DNA of 62,006 nucleotides from Candidatus Wolframiiraptor sinensis (GTDB lineage Archaea; Thermoproteota; Nitrososphaeria_A; Caldarchaeales; Wolframiiraptoraceae): NCBI GenBank assembly GCA_023261815.1, contig JALNKA010000004.1, positions 1 to 62,006 of the forward strand, read 5' to 3'. Shown piece by piece: positions 1 to 8,776 of this stretch (position 1 is its first letter; each line of letters starts with the position of its first letter). The notes under the pieces were generated by a model. It saw only the letters and a program-made list of their open reading frames with translations, ran no database searches and was not told where the DNA came from. The position numbers and the translations under genes were made by a program.

Positions 1-659
1 CACATCTCCTCCGAGAACTCCTTGATCATCTTGGCGGCCTCCCGGTAGTCCTCGGTCTCCAGCATCTCACCCCAATCCTCCGCATGCCGATCGAATCCCG
101 CCGAGACCGCTATGATATCGCATTCGTGAATTGAATTGAGGAAGCTCGCCAGATCTGATAAGAAGACCTCGCTCCCGCCCAGCGCCACGTGGTGATAGAC
201 GATATCTGGGTTACCTGTAAAAGCGTTCGCGGTTCCATCCCCATAATGTAGATCTATATCCACTATGACAGCCTTCTTGATTCTCGCCATCCTCCTCAGC
301 CTCTCGATCGAGATCGCGATATTGTTGAAGTAGCAGAAGCCCCATGAGCTGCCAGGGCTGGCGTGATGCCCCGGAGGCCTTATCAAGCCGAATGCTGGCT
401 CACCTAACAGCGCTATCTCGGAAGCCATTATGGCGCCTCCGACAGCGAGCAAGGCGACATAATAGATCTCCGGCAACTCCTTGATCCGGCTTATGTGATC
501 CCTAGTGTGGATGAGCTCCAAGTCCTGCTCACTCGCAGATCGAGGCTCCACGAACTCATAGCCCCTGAGCTCCTCTAGCACGGCTTCAAGCCTACCGGGA
601 GCCGCTGCTGGATCGGATGAATACACCCTACAGTAATCTCTGTGAAAGACTATCTTCAT
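1..659 (-). CDS. Histone deacetylase family protein (3' end runs off the window)
   Basis: Manual translation from ATG at 659: MKIVFHRDYC...RPPGHHA...GFCYFNN...DIDLHYGDGT...VSAGFD; these are HDAC/AcuC motifs. Not in the ORF track because it is truncated. Confidence 0.9.
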   Translation of the reverse strand, partial: MKIVFHRDYCRVYSSDPAAAPGRLEAVLEELRGYEFVEPRSASEQDLELIHTRDHISRIKELPEIYYVALLAVGGAIMASEIALLGEPAFGLIRPPGHHASPGSSWGFCYFNNIAISIERLRRMARIKKAVIVDIDLHYGDGTANAFTGNPDIVYHHVALGGSEVFLSDLASFLNSIHECDIIAVSAGFDRHAEDWGEMLETEDYREAAKMIKEFSEEM

Positions 660-699
660 GCACGATATCTCAGCGCTGGCGGGATGGTATAAGGGTTTG

Positions 700-1065
700 C
701 TAGTCCAGCGCTATAGCCCTTACCTCCACACATTCGACGACGCGCTTATACTCCCCGCCTTGAACAATATATACTCCGTAGTCCTTGACGGGGCACAGCT
801 CGTCAGAGCCCGCGAGAATTCTTCCAAAGAAGCATACTTGGCTTGACCTGTTATCGAGCACCATGACGTCCGAGATCTCGCGATTCGCGTGCACTATCAC
901 GTTCTTATGACTGCAGTAAGCATAGAATGGATCAGGCGCTCCAGCGCGCAGCATCTGGGGTATGACATAAGTGATGTAGAAGTGCACGGCGATAGCCGCG
1001 ATCGCGAGCAGGGCGATCCCTATCAGGAGGACGCCGATCTTTGATAGATCCCTTAATTCCCGCAT
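700..1065 (-). CDS. Hypothetical membrane-anchored protein (N-terminal hydrophobic helix)
   Basis: 121-aa ORF with one N-terminal TM segment, host-like codon usage and TATA-like TTATATA upstream. Confidence 0.55.
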   Translation of the reverse strand: MRELRDLSKIGVLLIGIALLAIAAIAVHFYITYVIPQMLRAGAPDPFYAYCSHKNVIVHANREISDVMVLDNRSSQVCFFGRILAGSDELCPVKDYGVYIVQGGEYKRVVECVEVRAIALD

Positions 1066-1186
1066 TACACGTGGAGCCGCGCGGAGGCGTTATATAAGCC
1101 TTCAATCCGGCAGTATGACCTGCAATCGCTAAGAAAGCGCGATGCCGTGAACGCTTAATAGGCGATCCGTGAATTTTCCATGCGGA

Positions 1187-2923
1187 ATGCTGTTCTCGGA
1201 GCTCGTCGAGTTCTATGAGAAGATCGAGGCGATTAGCGGCAGGATAGAGATGACTAACCTCCTCGTTCAACTTCTCGGCAAGACCCCGCCCGAGATCATC
1301 GATAAGGTAGTCTACCTGACCCTCGGCGAGGTTTACCCCCCATTCGTGGGCATCGAGCTCGGCGTCGCCGACAGGCTCGCGCTAAGAGCAATCAAGCTAG
1401 CCTCCGGCATGAGCGAGAGAGAAGTCGAGAAGGCGTACAAGGAGCTCGGAGACGTTGGGCTCGTCGGCGAGAGAATGCTGGCCAAGCGGAGCCAGGTCAC
1501 GCTCTTCATGCAGCAGCTGACCGTCCAGGACGTATACTCCGCTCTCGAGAGGATCGCGAGGGAGATGGGCGAAGGCGCTATGGAGGCGAAGGTCCAGATC
1601 CTGAGCGGGCTCCTCGCATCAGCTCAGCCCAAGGAGGCGAAGTACATACTCAGGATAGTTACAGGCAAGATGAGGCTCGGGATCGCTGACATGACTATAC
1701 TCGACGCGCTCGCGATACTCTACGGCGGCGGCAAGGAGTGGAGGGAGCTCTTCGAGAGAGCATACAACCTGACATCGGACATAGGATACGTCGCCAAGGT
1801 CGCCGCTATGAGCAGGATCGAGGGCCTGAAGCAGATCAAGATCACGGTCGGCAGGCCAATAAGGCCCATGCTCGCGGAGAGGCTCGCATCGGCCGAGGAG
1901 ATTCTCAGAAAGCTCGGCGGGAAATGCATGGCGGAGTACAAGTACGATGGAGAGCGAATGCAGATACATAAGAAGGGCGATGATGTGATAATATTCTCGA
2001 GGAGACTGGAGAACATTACGTCCCAGTATCCGGATGTCGTGGAGCTGGTCAGGAATCATGTCAAGGCAGATGAGGCGATTCTCGAGTGCGAGTGCGTCGC
2101 GATAGATCCGGACACCGGGGACATGCTGCCATTCCAGGAGCTAATGCACCGGAAGAGGAAACATGAGGTCCATAAGGCGGTCGAGCAGTATCCCGTGAGA
2201 ATACACTTCTTCGACGCCCTCTACATCGATGGGAGGGATCTAACGCTTCGGCCCCTAGAGGAGAGGAGAAGGGCTCTCGAGCAGATAATCGAGGAGGGCG
2301 AGAGGGTTAAGCTCAGTAAGGCGATCATAACGAGCGATCCAGGTGAGCTCGAGAGATTCTTCCACGAGGCGATAGAGAATGGGTGCGAGGGTCTCGTGGT
2401 CAAGTCTCTCGGCGCGGAGGCGATTTACAGGGCCGGAGCGAGGGGCTGGCTCTGGATAAAATATAAGCGGAGTTATTTGTCGCGTCTTGCGGATACGATT
2501 GATTTGGTGGTTGTTGGGGGGTTTTATGGGCGTGGTAAGAGGAGCGGCCTTTTCGGCGCCCTACTCCTTTCCTGTTATGATGATGAGCAGGATGTTTTCA
2601 AGACTGTTTGTAAGCTTGGCACGGGTTTCACGGATGAGGATTTGGCTAAGTTGAGGGCGATGCTGGAGCCTTATAGGCTTGATAGGCCTCATCCGAGGGT
2701 TGTGGTCGGCGGTATCGAGGCTGATGTGTGGTTTGTGCCGCGCCTCGTGCTGGAGGTTCTCGGGGATGAGCTGACGATCTCCCCGACGCATTCAGCCGGG
2801 TTGGCTGTGAGGTTTCCAAGATTCACGGGACGTTATCGCGATGATAAGCGCCCGGAAGATGCTACGACGCTGAGGGAGCTGTGGGACATGTACAGGAGCC
2901 AGCTGAAGAAGATCGAGGAGTAA
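1187..2923 (+). CDS. lig: ATP-dependent DNA ligase, chimeric: host 5' part plus element-supplied 3' OB domain after nt 2460
   Basis: EYKYDGER (motif I), EGLVVK (IV), WLWIKYK (V), DLVVVG, RFPRF...R.DK (VI). Confidence 0.95.
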   Translation: MLFSELVEFYEKIEAISGRIEMTNLLVQLLGKTPPEIIDKVVYLTLGEVYPPFVGIELGVADRLALRAIKLASGMSEREVEKAYKELGDVGLVGERMLAKRSQVTLFMQQLTVQDVYSALERIAREMGEGAMEAKVQILSGLLASAQPKEAKYILRIVTGKMRLGIADMTILDALAILYGGGKEWRELFERAYNLTSDIGYVAKVAAMSRIEGLKQIKITVGRPIRPMLAERLASAEEILRKLGGKCMAEYKYDGERMQIHKKGDDVIIFSRRLENITSQYPDVVELVRNHVKADEAILECECVAIDPDTGDMLPFQELMHRKRKHEVHKAVEQYPVRIHFFDALYIDGRDLTLRPLEERRRALEQIIEEGERVKLSKAIITSDPGELERFFHEAIENGCEGLVVKSLGAEAIYRAGARGWLWIKYKRSYLSRLADTIDLVVVGGFYGRGKRSGLFGALLLSCYDDEQDVFKTVCKLGTGFTDEDLAKLRAMLEPYRLDRPHPRVVVGGIEADVWFVPRLVLEVLGDELTISPTHSAGLAVRFPRFTGRYRDDKRPEDATTLRELWDMYRSQLKKIEE

Positions 2924-4070
2924 TTGTGACGCGTGAATTGGGAAGGGAAAAAGAGGTGTAGGGGAGGGGACCATCGACGTCCCTTGTCAGCCGTTCTAGT
3001 AGCGGCTTCAGCGATGAGAGCTTGCTTGATAGCGCCTCTTTTATCGCGATTAGCTTCTCCAGTTTTTCTCGCCTACCCTCGCTCGCGTACGTTGCCATCA
3101 GCTGATCGACAGCCCTCAGCTGGCTGCGTGTCTTGGCGATCTTCTCCGCGATGTGCAGGCTTCGCCAAATCTTTAATGCCTGATCCCTGCTCATCTCTTC
3201 ATCGAGGATCTTCAGCGCCCAGCGCCTCCTCACTTCTTTGAATGGATGGAGCATTGTCACGCTTCTCAGGAATTCATCGACCTCATCCTTCCTGTAAATG
3301 CTCAGGAAGTACTCGCGTCTTTTACTCTCGAATATACGGCCGTTGAGATGGTGCCCTTCACGTTTAAACCTGCTTATAACGCTAACATGCCATCCCACGC
3401 TGCTGATGACCTCTTTGAGCATGTATGCATTATTTGGATAGGATTTTGATATGTTGATCGCGAAGGTCGGCCTTTTTGATCGCGCCTGGCTTGCGTTTAA
3501 TGAAATCCATCCATCTCCATCTACGGCTCTTGCCAGAAATCTTATGGCATCATGCCGCGGTAACCTCATGGGGGAGATGAAGGCATCATTCCAGCTTCTG
3601 GCATCCAGGTATATGCTGGTCCTCCATTCCGGCGTGTCCGCGGAGAGAACTGGTCTAATGCTAACATGCCCATATACACTAAACCGGCTCGCTACGGCTT
3701 CTGCCCATGCATCATATGTCGTTGTCAATGAAAGCCATAATGTGTTGCCGACCCTGTGGAAGTGAAGATCCGAATAAATTAGTCCCAGGAAATCGGGAAT
3801 TATTTCGCCGTCAGGAGGTCTTCTCTCAGCCTTGGTGCTCAGGCCATGTTTTGGATGTCTCAGAGGGTGCTTTCCCTTCACAATCCAGTCCCTTATTGTA
3901 GCCGGCCAAACATGAACCCCGAAATTTAATTCTATGAGCCTTGATAACTCATGGTATTTTATTTTCTGCATCTTTGTTGCCTCCTTCATCGCGAATTGGT
4001 AGATTTTTAATTGATCGTCTAAGGGGACCTCGCAAAAACGCACTCCTACACCCTTAGGTCTCCTAGCCAT
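2862..4070 (-). CDS. Free-standing two-motif LAGLIDADG homing-endonuclease-like protein with N-terminal HTH
   Basis: DFLGLIYSDLH and RFLARAVDGDGWI motifs; N-terminal YHELSRLIE...ATIRDWIVKGKHP HTH-like segment; probable start at 4070 via TGATG overlap with the upstream ORF. Confidence 0.8.
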   Translation of the reverse strand: MARRPKGVGVRFCEVPLDDQLKIYQFAMKEATKMQKIKYHELSRLIELNFGVHVWPATIRDWIVKGKHPLRHPKHGLSTKAERRPPDGEIIPDFLGLIYSDLHFHRVGNTLWLSLTTTYDAWAEAVASRFSVYGHVSIRPVLSADTPEWRTSIYLDARSWNDAFISPMRLPRHDAIRFLARAVDGDGWISLNASQARSKRPTFAINISKSYPNNAYMLKEVISSVGWHVSVISRFKREGHHLNGRIFESKRREYFLSIYRKDEVDEFLRSVTMLHPFKEVRRRWALKILDEEMSRDQALKIWRSLHIAEKIAKTRSQLRAVDQLMATYASEGRREKLEKLIAIKEALSSKLSSLKPLLERLTRDVDGPLPYTSFSLPNSRVTITPRSSSAGSCTCPTAPSAS

Positions 4071-4387
4071 CACCATCTCTCCGCGCTCATGATGTCTTGT
4101 TGAGCCCACCAGCTGATCGCCTCCTCCATCAATTGATAAACCTCATGCTTCAGCCTCTCGGCCAGCGGCGATCCAAGCCGCACCTGTAAAATCGGCAGAA
4201 CCCGAAAAATCGTAAGATTAACGAGCTTCACGCTCTCCGCGACCTCGCCCACGACCCCCACCCTCGGAAGCCGATAACCATAGCCGCAACTATAAGGCTT
4301 CATGGACACAAAAGAAAAACAGCTCACGCGCCCACACCCCATACAGGATAATCGTGATAGACAGGGAGAAGATCCAGAAAATAGCAT
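4070..4387 (-). CDS. Small hypothetical protein translationally coupled to the LAGLIDADG gene
   Basis: 105-aa ORF whose TGA overlaps the endonuclease ATG; minus-strand TATAAAA about 25 nt upstream of the ATG at 4387. Confidence 0.45.
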   Translation of the reverse strand: MLFSGSSPCLSRLSCMGCGRVSCFSFVSMKPYSCGYGYRLPRVGVVGEVAESVKLVNLTIFRVLPILQVRLGSPLAERLKHEVYQLMEEAISWWAQQDIMSAERW

Positions 4388-4442
4388 CTAGGGAAGGGCT
4401 CTAGAAGAGGTTTTATAGAATAGATGTGAGATATGAGGGGGG

Positions 4443-5000
4443 ATGATAGTGAAGAATAAATTGTTATTAGAGGATAGTAATATCATAAAGCTGAAGAGAA
4501 GCTACAAGAGCGAGATGATGGACACCGTTGACCTGGTGGTCGTCGGCGCGTTTCATGGGAGAGGCAAGAGGAGCGGAACTTATGGAGCATTACTCATGGC
4601 CGCATATAATAGGGAGAAAGATGTATTCCAGTCAGTCTGTAAGGTTGGCAGCGGATTCACCGATGAGGATCTAAAGAAGCTTCCGGAGATGCTGAGGCTC
4701 CACGTGGTGCCGCGTAAGCATCCGCGCGTCGAGACCGGGATGGAGGCCGATGTATGGTTTGAGCCGAAGCTCGTCCTCGAGATAATCGGCGACGAGATAA
4801 CGATAAGCCCGATACACACGGCGGCCTGGAGCGTCATCAAGGAGGGATTCGGTCTCGCGATAAGATTTCCGAGATTCACGGGCAGATACAGGCTTGATAA
4901 GGCGCCGGAGGACGCGACGGCCGTGGATGAGCTGCTGGAAATGTATAGGAGGCAGCTGAAGAAGGTGGCTGAGGCAGCTGATGGAGGTGTAGCCCGCTGA
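4443..5000 (+). CDS. Displaced original 3' end of DNA ligase (OB domain) with a new 14-aa N-terminus from the element end
   Basis: [31 protein letters not shown]...[13 protein letters not shown]; host-like codons; stop overlaps the next gene's ATG. Confidence 0.85.
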   Translation: MIVKNKLLLEDSNIIKLKRSYKSEMMDTVDLVVVGAFHGRGKRSGTYGALLMAAYNREKDVFQSVCKVGSGFTDEDLKKLPEMLRLHVVPRKHPRVETGMEADVWFEPKLVLEIIGDEITISPIHTAAWSVIKEGFGLAIRFPRFTGRYRLDKAPEDATAVDELLEMYRRQLKKVAEAADGGVAR

Positions 5001-5554
5001 TGAGCGAGGATTCAGAGAAGGCGCGAACACTAGCGGCGATGAAGGAGTACCTGGAGAGGAGGATCAAGGAGCTTCAGGATGAGCTCGAGATACTCGAGAG
5101 CATGAGGAGCTTCGTAGATGAGGAGCTGGCGAGTATAAGCTTCAAGAAAGCGGCTGAGGCGAAGCCGGCCAAGCCCTCGGCAGCCGCCCCGCAGCCGGAA
5201 GCCGAGAGGTTAAGGGCCTTGAAGTCGAGGAGCGGCGAGGTCCTCGCGAGAGTGGCCATATCGCCGAATGAGGTGAGGTTCGTGATAGAGCCCGAGATAA
5301 GCTTGATGAGGGACTCGAGGCCCTTCCAGTCATTTTTGCTGAAAAAGGTTCTCGAGGCCATGAGCAAGGCGGATCGAGAGCGCGTTGATAAGGGCTTGCT
5401 GCCGCCAGGCCACGAGCTCGAATATGATGTAATCTATGAGGGCGATAAGGTCAAGGAGATAGTGGTCAGGAATTTCCGGGAAGAGTATAGGCTCAGGGAG
5501 ATAGTTAATGCTGTGAGGTGGACCTTGGAGACCGCGGCGAGCGAGGCGAGGTGA
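5000..5554 (+). CDS. Hypothetical protein (N-terminal coiled coil)
   Basis: 184-aa ORF coupled (TGATG) to the native lig end; host codon usage. Confidence 0.75.
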   Translation: MSEDSEKARTLAAMKEYLERRIKELQDELEILESMRSFVDEELASISFKKAAEAKPAKPSAAAPQPEAERLRALKSRSGEVLARVAISPNEVRFVIEPEISLMRDSRPFQSFLLKKVLEAMSKADRERVDKGLLPPGHELEYDVIYEGDKVKEIVVRNFREEYRLREIVNAVRWTLETAASEAR

Positions 5555-5558
5555 AGGA

Positions 5559-5978
5559 TTACTCGCCCATCACCGTGACCACGATCCTCCTGCTCCTCGC
5601 CCTGACATCAAGCTCTATGAAGACTATCTGCTGCCATGTTCCGAGAACCAGCTCGCCGCCCCTCACCGGCACCTCGAGGCTCGGGCCTATCATCGCCGCC
5701 CGGACATGGCTGTGGCCATTATAATCTCCCCACCTCAGATGATGCTTATACTCGGCGTTTTTCGGCGCAACTCTCTCCAAGGCCGTCATGAGATCCTCCT
5801 TGAGCCCCGGCTCATACTCGATCGTCGAGACCGCGGCTGTCGATCCAACGGCGAAGACGTGCACGACACCATTCCTGACTCCGGACCTTTTAACAACATT
5901 CTCAACCTCGCTGGTGATATCCACGACATCTCCCTCGCCGCGAGTCCTAAATGTTATCTCCTCCTGATGCACTATCAT
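5559..5978 (-). CDS. YjbQ/UPF0047 family protein
   Basis: GSTAA...EYEPGL, NGHSHVRA, LGTWQQIVFIELD motifs. Confidence 0.9.
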   Translation of the reverse strand: MIVHQEEITFRTRGEGDVVDITSEVENVVKRSGVRNGVVHVFAVGSTAAVSTIEYEPGLKEDLMTALERVAPKNAEYKHHLRWGDYNGHSHVRAAMIGPSLEVPVRGGELVLGTWQQIVFIELDVRARSRRIVVTVMGE

Positions 5979-6052
5979 GCTGGCTTCCCCACCGCGAAGC
6001 TCAGCCGAATCCCATAAATATACCTAAAACCGAGGTATAGGAAGAAGCAAGG

Positions 6053-8767
6053 ATGAGCTCTACTGGAAAGATCGCGCTAATAATGCTCGGCCTTCTCACG
6101 CTCATACTCCTGATAAACCTAGTAATCCCCACCCAAGCTCAAGAGGGCCCAACACTAACGGTAAAAGTCTCCACGATGGATAAGAAACCCCTCGCGGGCG
6201 CTTACGTCGAGCTGAGATATGAGGATGAAACGAAAATAGACGTGAAGAAGACGGGCTCAGACGGTAGGGTCGCATTCGATAATGTGGCCGGAGATAAGCT
6301 ATACAGAATTTACGTCTATTACCCGGCAGGCCACAGAGTCGGATATGAGTACAGCATTGACATAACCAAGACCCCAAGCGTTGACATTGAAGTTAATGTC
6401 GTGAGCAAGTGGACGATATACGTTTACGATGGAAAGGAGAGGGATTCCGTTCCGGGCGCGAAAGTCTTCCTAACTCATAGGAGGAATAACACAATAACCT
6501 ACTTGGGCTCAACGGATTCCAGCGGAAAGGTGGAGTTCGGCCCCATACCATCTGATGCATATTACGGGATCATTGTGGAATTCAGAGGAAAGAACTACTC
6601 CCTTGAAGACAAAAACCCTTCCGATGGCATCACAAGGTTAACGCTTCCCCTTTATAGAGTGGTTTTAACGATCATCGATAGAAAGAATTCTCCAGTTAAA
6701 GGGGTCGTAGTCGAGCTTAGGGAGGAGCTCGATAGGGAGCCAGTGGGGACGGCAGTGAGCGAGCTGGATGGCAAGGCGGTGATAAAACTCATTCCAACGA
6801 ATACGAAATGGTATGTTATGGCGAGGCTCAAGGGCATAATCGTGTATCAGTCGGACGGGAAGGAGGTAGAGGTATTGAATGATGACTTCTCAAAAAAGAT
6901 AGCCGTGGATGCTGTCAGGCTCAATATCACTGTCATGGATTACGATGGCGAGGACATTTTAAGGAACTACACCCTCATCGGCAAACTAATCAAGGATGGA
7001 GGGGAGGTCGGATCTGCCGAGTCCAATGACGGCGTATTATACTTCGGCCACACACCATTCGAAAATTATACTCTGAGAATAATGCTAGGGGATCTCATCG
7101 TATACTCCGGAGCATATGAAGTTAAAATCGAGTCCGCCGAGGGCGCCGTTAAAGCCTGGTTCTACGACATCAAGATAAGGGTGAATGCCTCGGCCCTCGT
7201 GAACGCTTCACTCACAAAATCTCTTCTGGGAGAGCTGAGGACGTCGGGTCTGAGATTCGAGTTCCAAGCGGCGGACTGGGAGGCGAGTATAAGGAACATC
7301 CCCAAGTCGGATAACTATGAGGCGATCCTATTTTACTCCGGCAGGGAGATATTTAGGGCTGGGCGCTTAAAGATAATTGGCGAGAACCAGGTCTTATGGT
7401 TGAACTTGACGGGATGCAGGCTCAACATCACCGCAATCAACTTGGATGAGAAGCCGGTGAGCGCCAATATAGTGGTGCTGCTTGAGGGCGTTGGAGCGAT
7501 AACCTCGTTCAAGACCGATGAAGCGGGCCGCGGCTCTCCAGGTAGGCTGCTCCCCCTAACCTACAAGCTCGAGGCTTATGTTGATGGAATACCCGTCGGC
7601 TGGGAAAGCGTGGATCTAACCTCCGACATGAGCGTGAGGATGAAGCTCTCCCTGAAGAACGTGTACTTCAGGATACTTGATAGGGACGGCGAAGAGGCTC
7701 TAGAAAATACGGCGCTCACATTGACGCGTGGAAAATTCTCTAGGTCTGGCAAGTACATCGGGAACGGGACCCTGCTCGTGGAGAATCTGCCGATCGCAGA
7801 GTACAAGCTCATCGTGACGTATTATGGCTTTAAAGTTCTAGAGGACTTTATAGAGATCTCGCCGGAGGATAAGCTGCTGGAGCTTAAGGCCCCGGGAGTG
7901 CTTGATCTAGAGCTAATCTTCCTCGACTCCGATAAGAATCCCCTGGACCAAGGAAGAGCCATAATATCCTTCGGCGAGCACGAGTTCGAGGAAAAGATCG
8001 GAGAGGATGGTCGAGCAATTTTCAGGGACCTGCCCAACATAACCCTGAGCATCGCGGTCTTTTACAAGGGCGTGAAGATCAAGACTGAGCCGAGCGAGAT
8101 AGATCTCATCAGAGATGATATGAAGGCAGTGATAGCTTGCTCGGTCTATAGTTTTGGGGCGGAGATCCTTAGAGGAGATGGAAGGCCCCTAAATGATGGA
8201 ATGGCCGTGCTCTACATCAACAATATGCGCCTTAAGGCTTACAACTTGGCGGAGGGAAATAGGATTTTCGAGAGGCTTCCCGAAGGAGATCTCAGGATAG
8301 AGATAAAGTATAGGGGGAGAAGCGCCGGGAACTTCAGCACATATCTGGAAAAGACCATCACGGACCTCGTGATATACTCCACGGTCTATCCTGTTGAGAT
8401 CTTCGTGAGAAACCCTGATGGGAGCGCGGTCGCCGGCGCGAGGCTGATAATCGAGGATGAGATTGGCGTAGTAACTGAAGCGGTTAGCGGCGATGACGGG
8501 GCCTTAAAGCTGCTCCTACCAGCGGCTAAGAGCTATAATGCAACCATGAGAATAGGCAATGAGACGTACAGCTTCAAGCTCAGCGTCGAGAAGTCGAAGT
8601 CGCTGAGCTTCCTACGCCCGACCTTGATAACCATGGGGTTCGAGCTCGCGATAGCAGTGAGCGCAATAGATCTCGCGATCTCGGGATACGCGATCTCGAG
8701 GCTCCCGCATGGAAGACAGCAGCCCAGGCGTGAGACGAGAAGAGCTAGGAGTTTTCCAAGGATCTAG
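6053..8767 (+). CDS. Large cell-surface protein with repeated carboxypeptidase-regulatory-like beta-sandwich domains
   Basis: Signal peptide; repeated 'D..G.P..GA.V.L......TD..G...F..LP...Y' units; many N-x-S/T sequons; C-terminal hydrophobic segment plus basic tail. Confidence 0.75.
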   Translation: MSSTGKIALIMLGLLTLILLINLVIPTQAQEGPTLTVKVSTMDKKPLAGAYVELRYEDETKIDVKKTGSDGRVAFDNVAGDKLYRIYVYYPAGHRVGYEYSIDITKTPSVDIEVNVVSKWTIYVYDGKERDSVPGAKVFLTHRRNNTITYLGSTDSSGKVEFGPIPSDAYYGIIVEFRGKNYSLEDKNPSDGITRLTLPLYRVVLTIIDRKNSPVKGVVVELREELDREPVGTAVSELDGKAVIKLIPTNTKWYVMARLKGIIVYQSDGKEVEVLNDDFSKKIAVDAVRLNITVMDYDGEDILRNYTLIGKLIKDGGEVGSAESNDGVLYFGHTPFENYTLRIMLGDLIVYSGAYEVKIESAEGAVKAWFYDIKIRVNASALVNASLTKSLLGELRTSGLRFEFQAADWEASIRNIPKSDNYEAILFYSGREIFRAGRLKIIGENQVLWLNLTGCRLNITAINLDEKPVSANIVVLLEGVGAITSFKTDEAGRGSPGRLLPLTYKLEAYVDGIPVGWESVDLTSDMSVRMKLSLKNVYFRILDRDGEEALENTALTLTRGKFSRSGKYIGNGTLLVENLPIAEYKLIVTYYGFKVLEDFIEISPEDKLLELKAPGVLDLELIFLDSDKNPLDQGRAIISFGEHEFEEKIGEDGRAIFRDLPNITLSIAVFYKGVKIKTEPSEIDLIRDDMKAVIACSVYSFGAEILRGDGRPLNDGMAVLYINNMRLKAYNLAEGNRIFERLPEGDLRIEIKYRGRSAGNFSTYLEKTITDLVIYSTVYPVEIFVRNPDGSAVAGARLIIEDEIGVVTEAVSGDDGALKLLLPAAKSYNATMRIGNETYSFKLSVEKSKSLSFLRPTLITMGFELAIAVSAIDLAISGYAISRLPHGRQQPRRETRRARSFPRI

Positions 8768-8776
8768 ATTGGGGGG

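Larger units (their letters stand above)
2456..4489. mobile_element. ~2-kb insertion in lig motif V carrying a replacement lig 3' end, a LAGLIDADG gene and a small ORF
   Basis: ATAAA direct repeat at 2456-2460 and 4485-4489. Removing the interval rejoins TGG-ATA-AAG-CTG-AAG (WIKLK) in frame. Codon style shifts to G/T-rich after 2460. Confidence 0.85.

Noticed and set aside
2862-4109. LAGLIDADG as part of an intein or intron in lig
   Set aside because: It is antisense to lig, has no intein splice motifs or obvious BHB, and lig is completed by a replacement 3' end without splicing.
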